Below, piece after piece: positions 24,730-36,717 of a stretch of 64,000 nt of DNA. Below the pieces are notes generated by a model. It ran no database searches. It worked only from the letters and a program-made list of their open reading frames with translations, and had not been told where the DNA came from. Origin of the DNA: Puccinia triticina (lineage: Eukaryota); NCBI GenBank assembly GCA_026914245.1, contig CP110439.1:5704001-5768000 (forward strand). Reading direction: 5' to 3'. A program made the position numbers and the translations under genes. Numbering within the stretch: position 1 is the stretch's first letter; each line of letters starts with the position of its first letter.

Positions 24730-27700
24730 TGTTGGAATGGTTTCTGAAATGTGATTTCATCCTCAATTGCAATATGCAGTGAAAAATGCTTGCAGTGTCT
24801 CAAATTCCACAAGGGAGAGAAAGTCACAAAGCTCATAAATCAATGAGCAAATTTCATGTCAACTGGAACCAGAAATCCAAAGCTGCTTTACTGTTACAAA
24901 AGTTTAAGCACATTACATGAGCACTTTGACTAGTTTCAGTGTGGTTTGATTCTGTTGAGAAATAAACTCAACTGGTTCTGCATGGAAACTTAAAAATCCA
25001 CATTTATTGCAATCATTGGTTTGTTGTAAATTGACTTCTTAAATTGTTGAAATAAAGTTTAACAAATTGATGTAATTCAAAGCAATTTTTGGCTCAAACA
25101 AGAAAGAGACTTGAATTTGATCAAAGACTAGAGATCAAGGTGGCTACTTGTAGGGGCAAAACATATAACCATCATAGCATAGATTACTTGTCTTGCAGAA
25201 TGATGTATATTTTTAGTGTTATTGAATGCTGAGGCTATCTGGTCACATAATGGGATCTCTGCATTTTTCTTTATGGACAACAAAGGGTAGTTACACTACG
25301 TTTGACACGTAGATAATGGTGATGTAACAGAAGTTTTGTTGTTATCTGTGTGTTACGTGTAACGGTTGTGCAATTACATCATTGCACCACAGGAAAGCCC
25401 TTCTTTTTATGTTTGTTACATTATCAGGTCACACAGGGCCCCTGAGAGCAAGCAAGTATTGAGGCCAAACAGCCTTAAATGGTCTGTTATTGCCTCACCC
25501 AGGGGATAAAGCAAGAACAGGCCTCCTCTTTGAGGCCCGTTATGTTACTTGCAGGCCTTAAAATGACCCTGTGATTAGTAAACTAACAGGGAGCCCCGGG
25601 TAACAAGGGTAGTTACATTTGCCAAATTGTGTGGATCACATAAATTAACATAACTAACCTTTGCTGGTATGGATTTAGTAAGAATAGTTGGTGCTATTTC
25701 TCCTCACTCCTCATTTCTGTGCACCCGCCTTCACCACAAGAACAACTCAAGAAACTGCCAGCAGTTGACAAGCAGCCTACTCCAGTGCAGCTTCCATCAA
25801 CACCACCAGAACTGCATTACACACAGCTGAAGAAAAAGCACAGGGGGATTGGGCCTGCTTTGCTAGTGCTTTTATTGCTACACTTTTTTGCTGATTTTTC
25901 TGAGAGAAAATAGTGATAGATTTTTAGCTAAAATTTCAGCGGCCCCTAGCAGTCTCTCACTGCACTTACTACTGAAATAACTGAAAGCTGCCCTGCTGAG
26001 TGCTAGATCAAAGCTGTTAAAACCCCTGAAAAAATCATCTTTGGTCGCTAAACAGGCTGAGCACTCAAGTAGAGGAAAAAATGCTGCACTGAGTGCTAAC
26101 AAGCGGCAATTTCTGCTGATCCCTTCTGTTCAGTGCACAAAAGTGCAGGGTTGCTGTGAGCTCTGGACACCATTTCCAGTAAGGACAGACTTGGTGGCCA
26201 ATAGTGTTGCAGCACAGTGTGCTATTTGCGCTATTCTGAGTGAAAGATCACTTAAATCAAAGAAAAAATCTAATACACCAGGCCAAAGTGTAGCGGTAAA
26301 CTGCAAAATCCACATTATTTCAGCAAAAAGCCGCTAAAAGTGGTCAAAAGTGGCTCTGGCTGCTATACCAATTTTGCCACACTATTTTGTAGTGAAAGTG
26401 GGACAAAACACAGTAGTGATACTTCCACTTTGCTGGTGCTACAAATAGTGTTTGGACCCTATTGCTATTGTAATTGGTGTCAGGAATAGTGCGGACCTGC
26501 TGCTTTATGCCATTTGGCTGTTTTTTGTATCAGAGTGTAGCAGTTGCAGTGTTGCTGCCTTTGTCACCCCACATGATTATATCATACCCCTTCATGCACA
26601 GTCATTGTGCCATGTGCATAGTGACTGTCCATTCAAGCTTGGTTGAAATAAGCTTTCAGCATTGAAGTTCTCCATGTCAACACTGGTAGTTTGTAGATTT
26701 TTTCTCCTAGTGCTATTTCCACTTGCATTGTTTCAGTCAAAGAGCAAATGTTTTACTGCATGTGAATCTCACCAAGGAAACAGGATACATTGTGGGTGAA
26801 ATTATTGTCATTAGGAATGGGTTTGGAAAAGCCTCTCAACTTTCAAGATCTCAAAAGGAACAGAAACAGAAGAAACAGTAGATTTAATTGCTGCATAAGC
26901 TCTGGAAGACTCATGTCTCCATGCATTTTGATGTGACACAGCCAGATGTAGCCAAACATGCAGTCAGACTAACACCTCCTGAGGTTTTGATGGGTGAAGA
27001 ATATTTCCTTCAAACACCATGCAACAGCTAGATAAATATGAAACTCATCAACCACATGCACAGCTAGGGGAAACATTACATTAGTCTCTTCCCCCACCCA
27101 TCCCAAAAAAAGACTAAAAGAAAGCAAAGTGGACCAAAAAAAGGCATCAGGATAAAGAACAATAGCAGCAATGAAAGTAACAGCAACAGAAACAGCATGA
27201 ACAATAAGAGTGACAGCATTTTCATCTGTGTTTATTCCAAAATAAAATAGAAAGAGAAGGTGCAAGAGACATTGTTAAGGAATGAGTGCAGGGAGTAAAT
27301 TGCTTGATTATGCACATGTTGCATTGCTTGGGTTGGCCAGCCTGGTCAGGAGTTTGATGGATATCAAAGGGGCCAAAGATGCCGCTGGCCTTCCAGACAA
27401 CAGTCTATGCTGGTGTTGGGCAGCAGAAGCAGCAGAAGACACCTGTGGCACTATAATTCTTCAGCTTTTAGCCAAAGAAAAATGTGCATTTTTCTTTGGC
27501 TAAAAGCTGAAGGAGCGCTGGAGCTGGCCGGGCTGGCGGAGCTGAGTTCATAGGAACCTAGGCACAAAACCTGGGCAGCGCAACCAATGGTTTTTAGCCT
27601 AGTGGTTTGCAGCGCAGCTGCAAACCTCCTTACAGCAAGGTTGCCGGTTCAATTCCCACTGCCCCCATGCCCAATTTGGGGGTTAGGGGGCAGGTTAGGG

Positions 27701-27782
27701 GGTGGGTTTTTGGGGGGCGGGTTTTTGGGGGTTGGGTTTTTGGGGTTAGGGGTTAGGGCAGTTTTTTTTTAAAAAAATGTGG

Positions 27783-27995
27783 CAAGGTGTATAGTACATT
27801 GTATCGGATACGTATTGGTATGTATCGGTATGTATCGGATATGTATTGGTATGTATTTTTAGTACATTGTACAGGTATGTATCGGATACGTATCCAATAC
27901 GTATTGGTATGTATTGGATATGTATCGCTATGTATTTGTATTGGATACAGCAATACATTGTATTGGTATGTATCGGATACACCAATACAATATAT
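27783..27995. repeat. GTATCGGATACGTATTGGTAT-rich quasi-palindromic repeat (MITE-like fragment)
   Basis: Repeated gtatcggatac and gtattggtat motifs; termini not resolved. Confidence 0.5.
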
Positions 27996-28336
27996 GCCAG
28001 CTCATTCAGCACGCCAGCTCCAGCGCTAGCCAGCGCCAGCCAGCGCGCCAGCTCCAGCAGAGCTGGCCGGGCCAGCTCCGCTGTCCTTTGGCTTTTAGCT
28101 AAAGAAAAATGCATTATTTTCTTTGGCTAATAGCCAAAGAAAAAAAGGGACAAAACTCGCAGAAGAAGAGGAGACAAATTGAGGGAGTGGAGGAGGGGTA
28201 GGAGGGGCTGAACTGGAGGTTGGAGAACAGGCTGTTGATCAATTGAGCGGGGCCGGTAGTGTCTAAGCTGGGCCCATCATTGGCGTGGCGGAGAGACGGA
28301 GTGGGGCTGAGCAGGGCTGGGGTTTGGAGGCGCCGG

Positions 28337-29411
28337 TGTGGAACTCCGACCGGTGCTGGGCCGTTGGCAGTTACTGGGAAGGGAGAAATGCGCTGTGCGC
28401 TGCCTTCGAGGTGGTCCGTAAAAAAAAAGGAGAGAGGGGATTTGAGGGAAAACAGCGGAAGTTGGACGGGATTTCTTTAGACAACAACACTGCCAGCACA
28501 ATTGGCTGGGTTAAGGTTATCCCAGTTAAACTGAGATGCACTTAACCAATTTAAACTTGGGTAATCTGAACTGATGAAATATAAATCCAAGGTACCCCCC
28601 TTGGGTTTATATTAAATTGGTTGAGATCAACCAAGTTTAAATTGGTTGAGTGCATCCCAGTTAAACTCAGTTAAACTGGAATGACTTCAACCCAGCCAAA
28701 TATGCTGGCAGTGCGAGGAGTAGATCCTTGTTGGCGGTGGTTAGTTTGGTGAAGATTCAGAAAGGGAATACCGGCGACGCCGCTGGAAGATGTGATCTAA
28801 AAAGATTCAGAAGGATTGGTGCGGGGCTGAGAGGAATAACTCAGAAGCTCCGCAAATATTGAGGTATGATCAATTAGCTTTTAGATTCAGTTGAGTCGGG
28901 AAGAGATGATCTGATAAAAAAGATTGGTTTCAGACAAAGTCTCCTGCTGTCCCCTCCACCTAAGCTCCGGAGGACTCAAACTTCGGGGATGATGACAATC
29001 TGTGACAGGTCATCACAACCACCTGCGCGCCCCCATCACACAAAAAGAGACAAAACAAAACATCTAAGAGAAAAAACACAACCAACAGACAAAAACCAAC
29101 CCTCCACACTGAAACCTCTCCAACGCGCGCAAATAGAAATAGACAAAAAAAAGAATAATAAAGACAGGGAACTTGAACATATACATAAAAAATAAGAAAA
29201 GAAAAGAAAGGAAAGGAAAAAACCAAGAACAAGAACAGACCATAGCCTGCTTGACGCGCCGCTGTGCGCGGAGAAAAGATCCTGAAATGCCTTGAGTTTT
29301 CCCGCGTGCGCCACAAATTGAACTTGAGCTTTCTTGAGAATCTTGAGGAATGGGTGCCAAACAATTCTTGATTTTCACTTCCTAGCCAGCACAACCAGAA
29401 TGGCCACCACA
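28337..29411 (-). mobile_element. Solo LTR family C, copy 1 (contains a CACTG MITE and a C/D-box-like module)
   Basis: TGTGGAAC...CACCACA termini with flanks CCGG/CCAG. Homologous to 49862-50788 and to 59941-60702 (inverted). Strand is given relative to the C/D module. Confidence 0.8.
28488..28713. mobile_element. CACTG-terminated (CMC/EnSpm-like) MITE
   Basis: ~25-bp TIR cactgccagcacaattggctgggtt / aacccagccaaatatgctggcagtg, with 3-bp flanks CAA/CGA. Absent from the other family C LTRs. Confidence 0.85.
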
Positions 29412-29712
29412 CCAGCATTGTGTTGGCCGTGTCAGGCCCCGTTGGGTGAACTGGCGGAGAGGAGGCCAAGGGTCAAGGCTCTGCTGGAATAGAAGCTGCT
29501 TCTGTTCCCGTTGGGCAACGGTATTGAGCGCGTTCTGGGGCCTGGCTGAAGCTATCAAAGGCCTCAAAGATACGCTGAGTCTCCGCCAACCAGCTTGCTT
29601 TGGCAGCATCCAGTTCCTGGCCATGCCGTCCCCCTGGTTGCTTGGCCCCCTTGCACAGCGCCGGTTCAGTTTTCCAGCGGGCCCAGCCGCTTCTCCCCCT
29701 TTTACTCTTTCA

Positions 29713-30791
29713 TCAGCCCCAGCAGGTAGCCAGACTGCTCACCATCAACACTCTCTTGCTGTACCCCCCACTCAGCACAGAGATCAGTCGCCCTTGACAA
29801 TGGCCATTCAAAAAATGACTGATGTCTGCCGCACATCGGCCAAAAAACGCCGTGGGCAGCTTCTTGCCACACTGGAAAATATCCCTGCTCTCGTGCTCCC
29901 AGGCATCAAAGCTTGTATGTAGATAGATCATCAGCAACAATGACAAAGAAAAAAATCCTCTCATCAAGAGAGAGAATTGCTTGTCCACACTAAAAAAGAT
30001 TGGCATCCGGTTGAGATTGGCCGCAGTGATGCAGAGGAAGGCCGTCATGTAATTTTCAAAGGTGTACCAGGTTTTAGGGTAGGGCCTTTCAAAGATGTCC
30101 ACCTCATCAGTCCAGTGCTTGAGGTGGAGGTTCTGGATGTACTGGTTGATATTTTTCCCCAAGCTGATTTTCAGGGAGGGTTTTGTGATTCTTGCAGGGA
30201 GAGAAGTTGGTATTGTGGAGCAAGCTGTGGCTGATCATGGGTCTGCGGGTTTTGGGGAATTCAAGGGGGTGGAGGATGTTGGCTTGCTTGTTGATCCGCC
30301 AGACTATCTCAGAAGGTGACAAGAGGGATGATCAAGGGGGGCTTGTTGGAGGCCAAGGTTCAGGCGCGGCAGGAATGGTTGTGGAGCAATTAGGGCGGCC
30401 GTGAGGCCCAAAGGATGGCATAGCGCAGCCGTTTGGGCCGCGGGTAAATCATCAAGCGCTTCTTTGTCCGGCGGGGCATGTGCTTGAAGCAGTCATCCAA
30501 GGTTACAATGTGGATTGTCAGCTGGCTGGAATCATCTGGGCTTTTGTGGGTTAAAGGCGGCTTGTTAGCTAGTGAATTGAAACCACAAGGGTTCACAGGC
30601 CTAGGGATAACCTTGTTGATTGAATCCAAAGATCCGGGTGCGCCTGTGGCTTGGGAGAAGCAATTAGAAAAGCCAGCCCACTCAAATGGAAATAGTGTAC
30701 GGTTTGATGAGCTGTCCGTCCAAGGGTTTCTGGCTGGGGAGGCGTGGGCGGTATTGCGTTGGTAAGGAGACTGTTGCGTTGGTGAGGCCAT
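29713..30791 (-). pseudogene. Decayed gene of unknown function
   Basis: Collinear ORFs 30791-30390, 30322-30107 and 30162-29713 in shifting frames, with a TATA-like TATAAATA on the opposite strand only. No recognisable domain. Confidence 0.3.
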
Positions 30792-31307
30792 GGTGGGTGT
30801 GGTGCTGGAGGCGGCTGTTCAAAATTATTGTATGAGGGTTCCAGCAGACTATAAATAGAGGGGAGGGGGACCGCAGTTGAGTTCTCCCCAGGGGTTCCGG
30901 TTTTGTCCTGGCCCCTCTCTGCAGGCCCCCTACTTTGCTTGGATAGGCCCCTGCTTGATTTGAAAAAAATGCTGGCTCTTTTTTGCTTGTTGCACTGTCA
31001 CAAGCTGGAGAGTCTACCCATGGCACATAGTGTTTGGGGGTAATCTATTCAACAGTGGTCACCATGTGGCTGCACAACAAAACTTGGATCTTTTTTGCTG
31101 TGTTTTTGTGAATTTAATAAACTTGGATAGATCACTTCAAGAAATGGGGAGAACAAAAGTTTTTGAAATTAATGAACATAAACAACAATGGAGGAAAGAG
31201 TTACATTTCACATAAAACTAATTGTCAAAACATATAGAAAACAACTAGTTCTTTCTTTTATTGGGAGGAGCGTTTGCATTATCAATTTGATTCTGCAATC
31301 CACCATT

Positions 31308-32395
31308 TGTCAGCCTTAGAGTCAACGCAGTTGACCTAAAACTGCCTTTTATCTCCATTTTATACCTAAATGTGTTTATATATTTTTAACCTTAACTCAT
31401 AAGGATGTTTTGACTTCAGATTCTAATTTATCATGCAATTTTACCCCTAGTTACAACTTATTATTTCTTTGAAACTCTACTCCTTCCCTGAGTTCTTGTG
31501 TCAGGCTTAGAGTCAGCGCAGCTGACCTAAAAGTATGCCTTTTTCTACATCTTGAATTATTTGAGCACAATAACTCTTAAAAAAACGTTGATCTGCAAGC
31601 TCTAAGTCCCTCCAATTGGGTCCCACAACTCAATGAATTAGGTTTAATCTGCCAAGTGTGTAAACTATTGGGTCCCGCAACTCAATGAATTACGATTGGG
31701 TCCCGCAACTCAATGAATTACAATTGGGTCCCACAACTCAATGACAGTTATGGCGCGCATGCGCAGTTGTGATGTGGAAGCGCTAACAGGCGCGCCAACC
31801 ACTTGTACATGTGTAATTATGTAAGCAAACTGTGAAGATTTTTGAAGTCAGGATCTCCCTTGCCTGACAAGGATCAACAGACTTCAGAAACCAGAACCAC
31901 ACCCCAGATAACCCCAGGATCACCACCAAAGAGATTACCACACTCCCAGTATACCTACCGTCACAGGCGCCTAGGATATTGACAGCAAGTAAACTCTTTC
32001 ACTGACTTTGATTATCCAGAGTGAAACTCTGTTGCTCTTGACTGCTTCTTCTTTTTCTTTAACTCTTTAAATCATAAAAAGATCAAAGGTTTTCTCTGAT
32101 TAAGAACTATAAAATCAGAGCAGAGTAGTAACCCTACTTCTGAATCCCACCAATGTTTCCTTGTTGTGAGTGGAGGCCATTGCACTCTCTTGGCCATGCA
32201 CAGCTGGCATCCAACTTTTCCAGGTTGAGAATAGCCCAGATCAATAATTAAAAGACTTAAAGCCTAAGCCTGATCTTCTCTTTTTCTCTCTTTCTTTCTC
32301 TCTCTCTGTTTGTATTTCTTTACCCCAAGAAATCCAACCAGATTCCCCCCATTTCTTCTTGTGTCCTGTAGTCACATAAGAGACTCAGGCTCACA
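31308..32395 (+). mobile_element. Solo LTR family B, copy 2
   Basis: TGTCAG...CTCACA with TSD CCATT/CCAAT. Homologous to 16401-17234 but longer, with an internal repeat of its own 5' end (~31499) and a 27-bp minisatellite attgggtccc(a/g)caactcaatgaatta. Confidence 0.88.
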
Positions 32396-34157
32396 CCAAT
32401 ATCTATTTTTTTTGTATAGGCCATTGATATAGGCAGTAATAGCATTAGCCATTCTCCTGTTCATCTGACAGGAAAATCCAAGCCTGGTATACATGTCAGT
32501 AGGCAAACATTGACAGCTCTGCTTATGGAGCTTAGGGCAAAAAACCTGTCAAAATAAAGGTTTTGGGCCCTAGCACTATAACTGTGCTGATATAAACACT
32601 GGTAATATAAATTACCAAGCTTGTTACGTGGCAAATATGACCACTACAAGGGTTTCAACACTTTATAACAGAGGAAGGATTAATTATGTAATTATTAATT
32701 ACAGGGAATTAATTTGGCGTAAAAGTAGGTGGTAAGCGCTTAAACTGATTGGCTGCTTGACAGAGGCAGAGGTCTCACGGCAACTACTTATCCAAGTTTA
32801 TTGAATCCACAGAAACACAGAACTCAAGATCATGGTTTCTGCCTGTGCTCTTTAGCAAAAGGCACTCTTCACTGTTGAATTTAATCCCCAAACACCCCAA
32901 AGGGCACCTCGGATTGACCCCCCAGCCCGTGCCGCAGCAACACGCAAAAAGGGATTGGTCATTTTGGAAATCAAGGAGGGCCTAATCAATTGACTAGGGC
33001 AGCTCCAGTGAGGGGGTAGGACGAAACCGGAACCCCTGGGGGCAATATTCAGCTCAACTACTCCCACTTTATGTACCTCCCACCCTTGACTGCTTTGGCT
33101 GCCTCCGCCTTATTGTTGTTTGCCTTTGTCTGAACTCCGCACAACCTCAAGCCACCGCCACGGTCACTAATCCTCAGCCAAGCCACAGGGTGCCAACAAC
33201 TACATAATATACACATTTGACTTGGCCGTGCTACACGAATGGTATCAGCAACTATCCCCCTGAGAACTGCCACGACTCGGATACGATGCCTGTTTCAGAT
33301 AACCTAAGCCCCTCGCATGGTCCCAAAAGGCATGGTATTCTTCTTGACAGCTCCTGAACAATGTGTCAATCTACACCAACACTGACTTTTCCAACTGTAC
33401 TGATGATTGTTGCTTGTATTCCTGGTATGTTACTTTTCTTCCCTCAGCCCCCTTGACTACTGCTTCGGCCAACTTCAAACACAAACAGACCGTCCAGCCA
33501 TTTGCTAACTACTGCAGAAAAGCGCAAGTCCGTTCCCCTCCAACGGCGCAGTTATTCAGAGCCTATGGGGGCCCAACCTCAAGCATTCCTTTCCCAGCCT
33601 ACCGGAAGCTTGACAACCCGGGGATATTTGACATGACCGACAACAGCGGCCTAGCGGCAGCCAGCGGCGTCTAGACATGATGACCTCCGCCATCCAGCTC
33701 TGTGGGGCCCCGACTTCCGCCGTGAAGAAAATCAGGAGTTCCTCAAACAGGCCGTCACAAATATGGACTTCACTACCAATGCAACCGGCGCTGAGCTCGG
33801 GCTAGCCAAAGGCAAGGAGCCTAGGCCCAACCTTGATCAGTTCCTTCCCATTCAACCAGAAGCTAGAAAACAGGAGGATATTTGACAAGACCAGCAACAG
33901 CTTGACGGATGAGGAAGAGCAGCGTCTAGACACGAAAACTTCCGCCAGCCAGCTCTTTGGGGCCAATGCTATCCGGCCCGGAGACCAAATGCCCTACATG
34001 CAGCCCGACTTCCGCGCCAAAAAAACTCACAAGTTCATGTATCCCGCTTACTCAATGACTTGCTGAAGACAACCCCCATCTGCCCAAACGCGCATCCACA
34101 CTCGACCCGGCTTCCTCCACCAAGCCCGTCCCCAGCCTCACAAACCACACCAGCACC

Positions 34158-34637
34158 ATGTCCTGCTCAAGACCTACTTCGACCAACCGCACTACTGCTG
34201 CTGCTGACAAATTGCCCAGCGTGCGCACCGTGCTCAGCAAGTCTTCCAAGATCTTCCACAAACTCTCTACGATCAACCTCGCCGCTTCCGCCTCCAAACG
34301 CCGCTCCTCGTCCGGCGGCTCTATGTCGAATAACAACAATTTGCTGGGCAGCTTGACCAACCTCCGCCCAATGCTGCACTTACGCACCTCCACCTTGTCC
34401 GTCTTCTCTGCAACAAACACCCCCGGCCCCGGCCCTAACGGCTCGCCCAACCACCACCAGCAGCTCCATCCCGCCCACTCCCAGTTCATCCATCAGCACC
34501 CGCCCGCCCACAGACCCGACTATCTGCCCTCCAAGAAAACCCGCAACGGTGTCCCCAGGTCCGCCGACTTCCTAGCCCTCCGATTTGTCTTGCTCTCCCA
34601 CGACAACCAGATTCTTGGCCACCACCACCAGTCCTGA
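34158..34637 (+). CDS. Putative captured host-gene fragment (Ser/His/Pro-rich)
   Basis: 159-aa GC-rich ORF followed by UTR-like low-complexity sequence, inside the Helitron. No domain recognised. Confidence 0.35.
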   Translation: MSCSRPTSTNRTTAAADKLPSVRTVLSKSSKIFHKLSTINLAASASKRRSSSGGSMSNNNNLLGSLTNLRPMLHLRTSTLSVFSATNTPGPGPNGSPNHHQQLHPAHSQFIHQHPPAHRPDYLPSKKTRNGVPRSADFLALRFVLLSHDNQILGHHHQS

Positions 34638-36235
34638 TCACAACCTCCCCCGCTTCCACACTCGCTCTGTGCTCGCTCGGGCTTTCCTGTCTTTTGTTTC
34701 TCTTTCTTTTGGGCTCCAAGGGAGGCTGAGAAGGCTTGCTGGGCCGGCGCGAGGATCAGCTGGCGGAGCTGGTAACACACCCCCATACATATATATATAC
34801 ACTTAAATATACCTTGCCCTGAGCCCGGTCTCTCTATTTCGCTTGTTTATCATATACGCCCCCCGTCTCTCCTTTGTCCTGCTCCTATCCATCGCCCGCC
34901 CCGGCCCTCATCTGCCCGTCTGTGCGGCCCGCTTGTGTATACATGTGTGTTTATATTGTTATACTGTCTTTCTGCGCTTCTTGTCTTAATCAGTCTTTTT
35001 TGGTCAACTGTGTGTGTGTGTGTTCTTTGGCTTTTGTGGGCTGGGTCTGCGGTCTGTTTGTGCGTAGACGTGTGTGTGTCTGTGGGGCAGGAGGGACAAA
35101 TTTTTGGGGGATGTTTTGTGTGTCTTGGGTGCAGGTAAATACTACTGAGCTGGGAGGGACACAGCTCACATAATATCTACAAAAATACATCTGATTCGGC
35201 TAGATACTTGACCACACTGCTGGGAATACTTTGCATCTTCTTTGGTCATGTTGTTCTTGTCTTGGGCAGTCCTGGCTCCTGCATAGGCTCAGCTTGCTCC
35301 ACCAGCACAATAACAATGCCGGAGAGAAAGATAAAAAGGTGTCTGTTTGAAAATGAAAACGGCAATAGATCATTCCTGGTGAGAAGTGATTGGGGAAAGT
35401 AGAAATATGCATATTAGAAACCAGGAAGAAAGGGAAATTGGATTGGACTTGGTCATTGAGAAATAAAACTTAGAAACAGGAAAACAAAATCTATTAAAAA
35501 ATATAGAAACAATTCTGAAATTTGTATACAACTTCTAAACTTTGATCAAAGCAAATCAAAACCAAAGCCCAAAATAGTTATGAGAATTGGAAATTTTGAT
35601 ATTTTTGATGTGAAAAAGTTTGAGGGTTTGTATTCACTTGAACTTCCTGAATTTGCATGTGGGTGTTCAAGGTTAGGATCAGTTGTTCCTTTAACTAACC
35701 AGAGTGAAAATGTGAAAACATGTGTTGCAGAGAAGGAAATCCCGCGGCTCCATTAGCACCCGGAACAAGTGATCTTTTGTTAGGTACGGTGCCTCTCAAT
35801 GTTGTAGGCGTGCTGGATTTGTTGGGTTCTGTGGCCGTGGGGTATGAGGTCAAGACACCCGCCAATGCCCCCGCTGAGACATTCGCCAATACCACCGCCG
35901 CTGCATCTTCTACTGCTGAAGAACATTTAGCCACTAATTGTGGCGCGGCGGCTGCAGAAATTTAACACAAGAACTTGAACAAGCCCCACAGGATCCTGCT
36001 CACTTTTGACTGTAGAGATAGTCAAAACTCTTCTTTGTCCTTGCTCCCTCTCTTTCTCTCTGTCTGTTATATTTGTGCCTGGTTTGTGCTTAATTATTGG
36101 TTTAGTGGGTCTCATACTGGCGTTACTGAGCAGTTACATTGCACCATTAGACTATTAAAAAGTTTGTCAGGCTTGATCTCTGGGACCTCTTTGTTTGGGA
36201 AATTGGAAAAAGGGGGAAATGGTGTTGTCTCCAAA

Positions 36236-36717
36236 CAACGGTGGGCCAGCTACGCTAACCGTAGCGTTAGCGTGGCGTAGCGTAGCGGAATTCCGCTAAC
36301 TTTTAGCGTAGCATTAGCGGAATTGCGCCTTTCTGCGCTAATGCTACGCGCAAAGGGTGCGCAGCTAATTTAGCTGTTAGCGTAGCGTTAGCGCAGATGC
36401 GCGCAATTGCGCTAACGCTACACACCCAAGGCGCAAAAGAGCGCGCGCTACGGTGCGCCACAGTGCTTTTAGCTGAAAAAAGGCCTTTTTTTCCCACTAA
36501 AAGCGCTGTAGCGCAGCGTAGCGTAGCGTAGCGTAGTGACTGTAGCGGCGCGCTAACACTAACATACAATTGGCGCGCTGTTAGCGCCGCTGAAATTTAG
36601 CGCAGCGTAGCGGCGCTAACAGCGCGCTAAGGCTACTCAAAATGAGCGGGCCCTTTTTGCCGCTACGCTAACGCTAAGTGGCCCTGTAGTGTAGTGTAGC
36701 GTAGCGGCCCACCGTTG
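36236..36717. mobile_element. hAT-like MITE
   Basis: TIR CAACGGTGGGCC / GGCCCACCGTTG, flanked by a CTCCAAA direct repeat (7-8 bp TSD). The interior is rich in GCGTA/TACGC motifs. Confidence 0.85.

Noticed and set aside
25860..26420. MITE-like region rich in cagc/gctg/cact motifs
   Set aside because: TIRs and a TSD could not be defined.
24730..27300. LTR element starting TGTTGG that truncates gypsy copy 2
   Set aside because: No matching end, TSD or resumption of gag was found in the window; the region is left unassigned.
27678..27760. Interstitial telomere (TTAGGG) repeats
   Set aside because: Only four scattered TTAGGG hexamers in a G/T-rich tract, not a tandem array.
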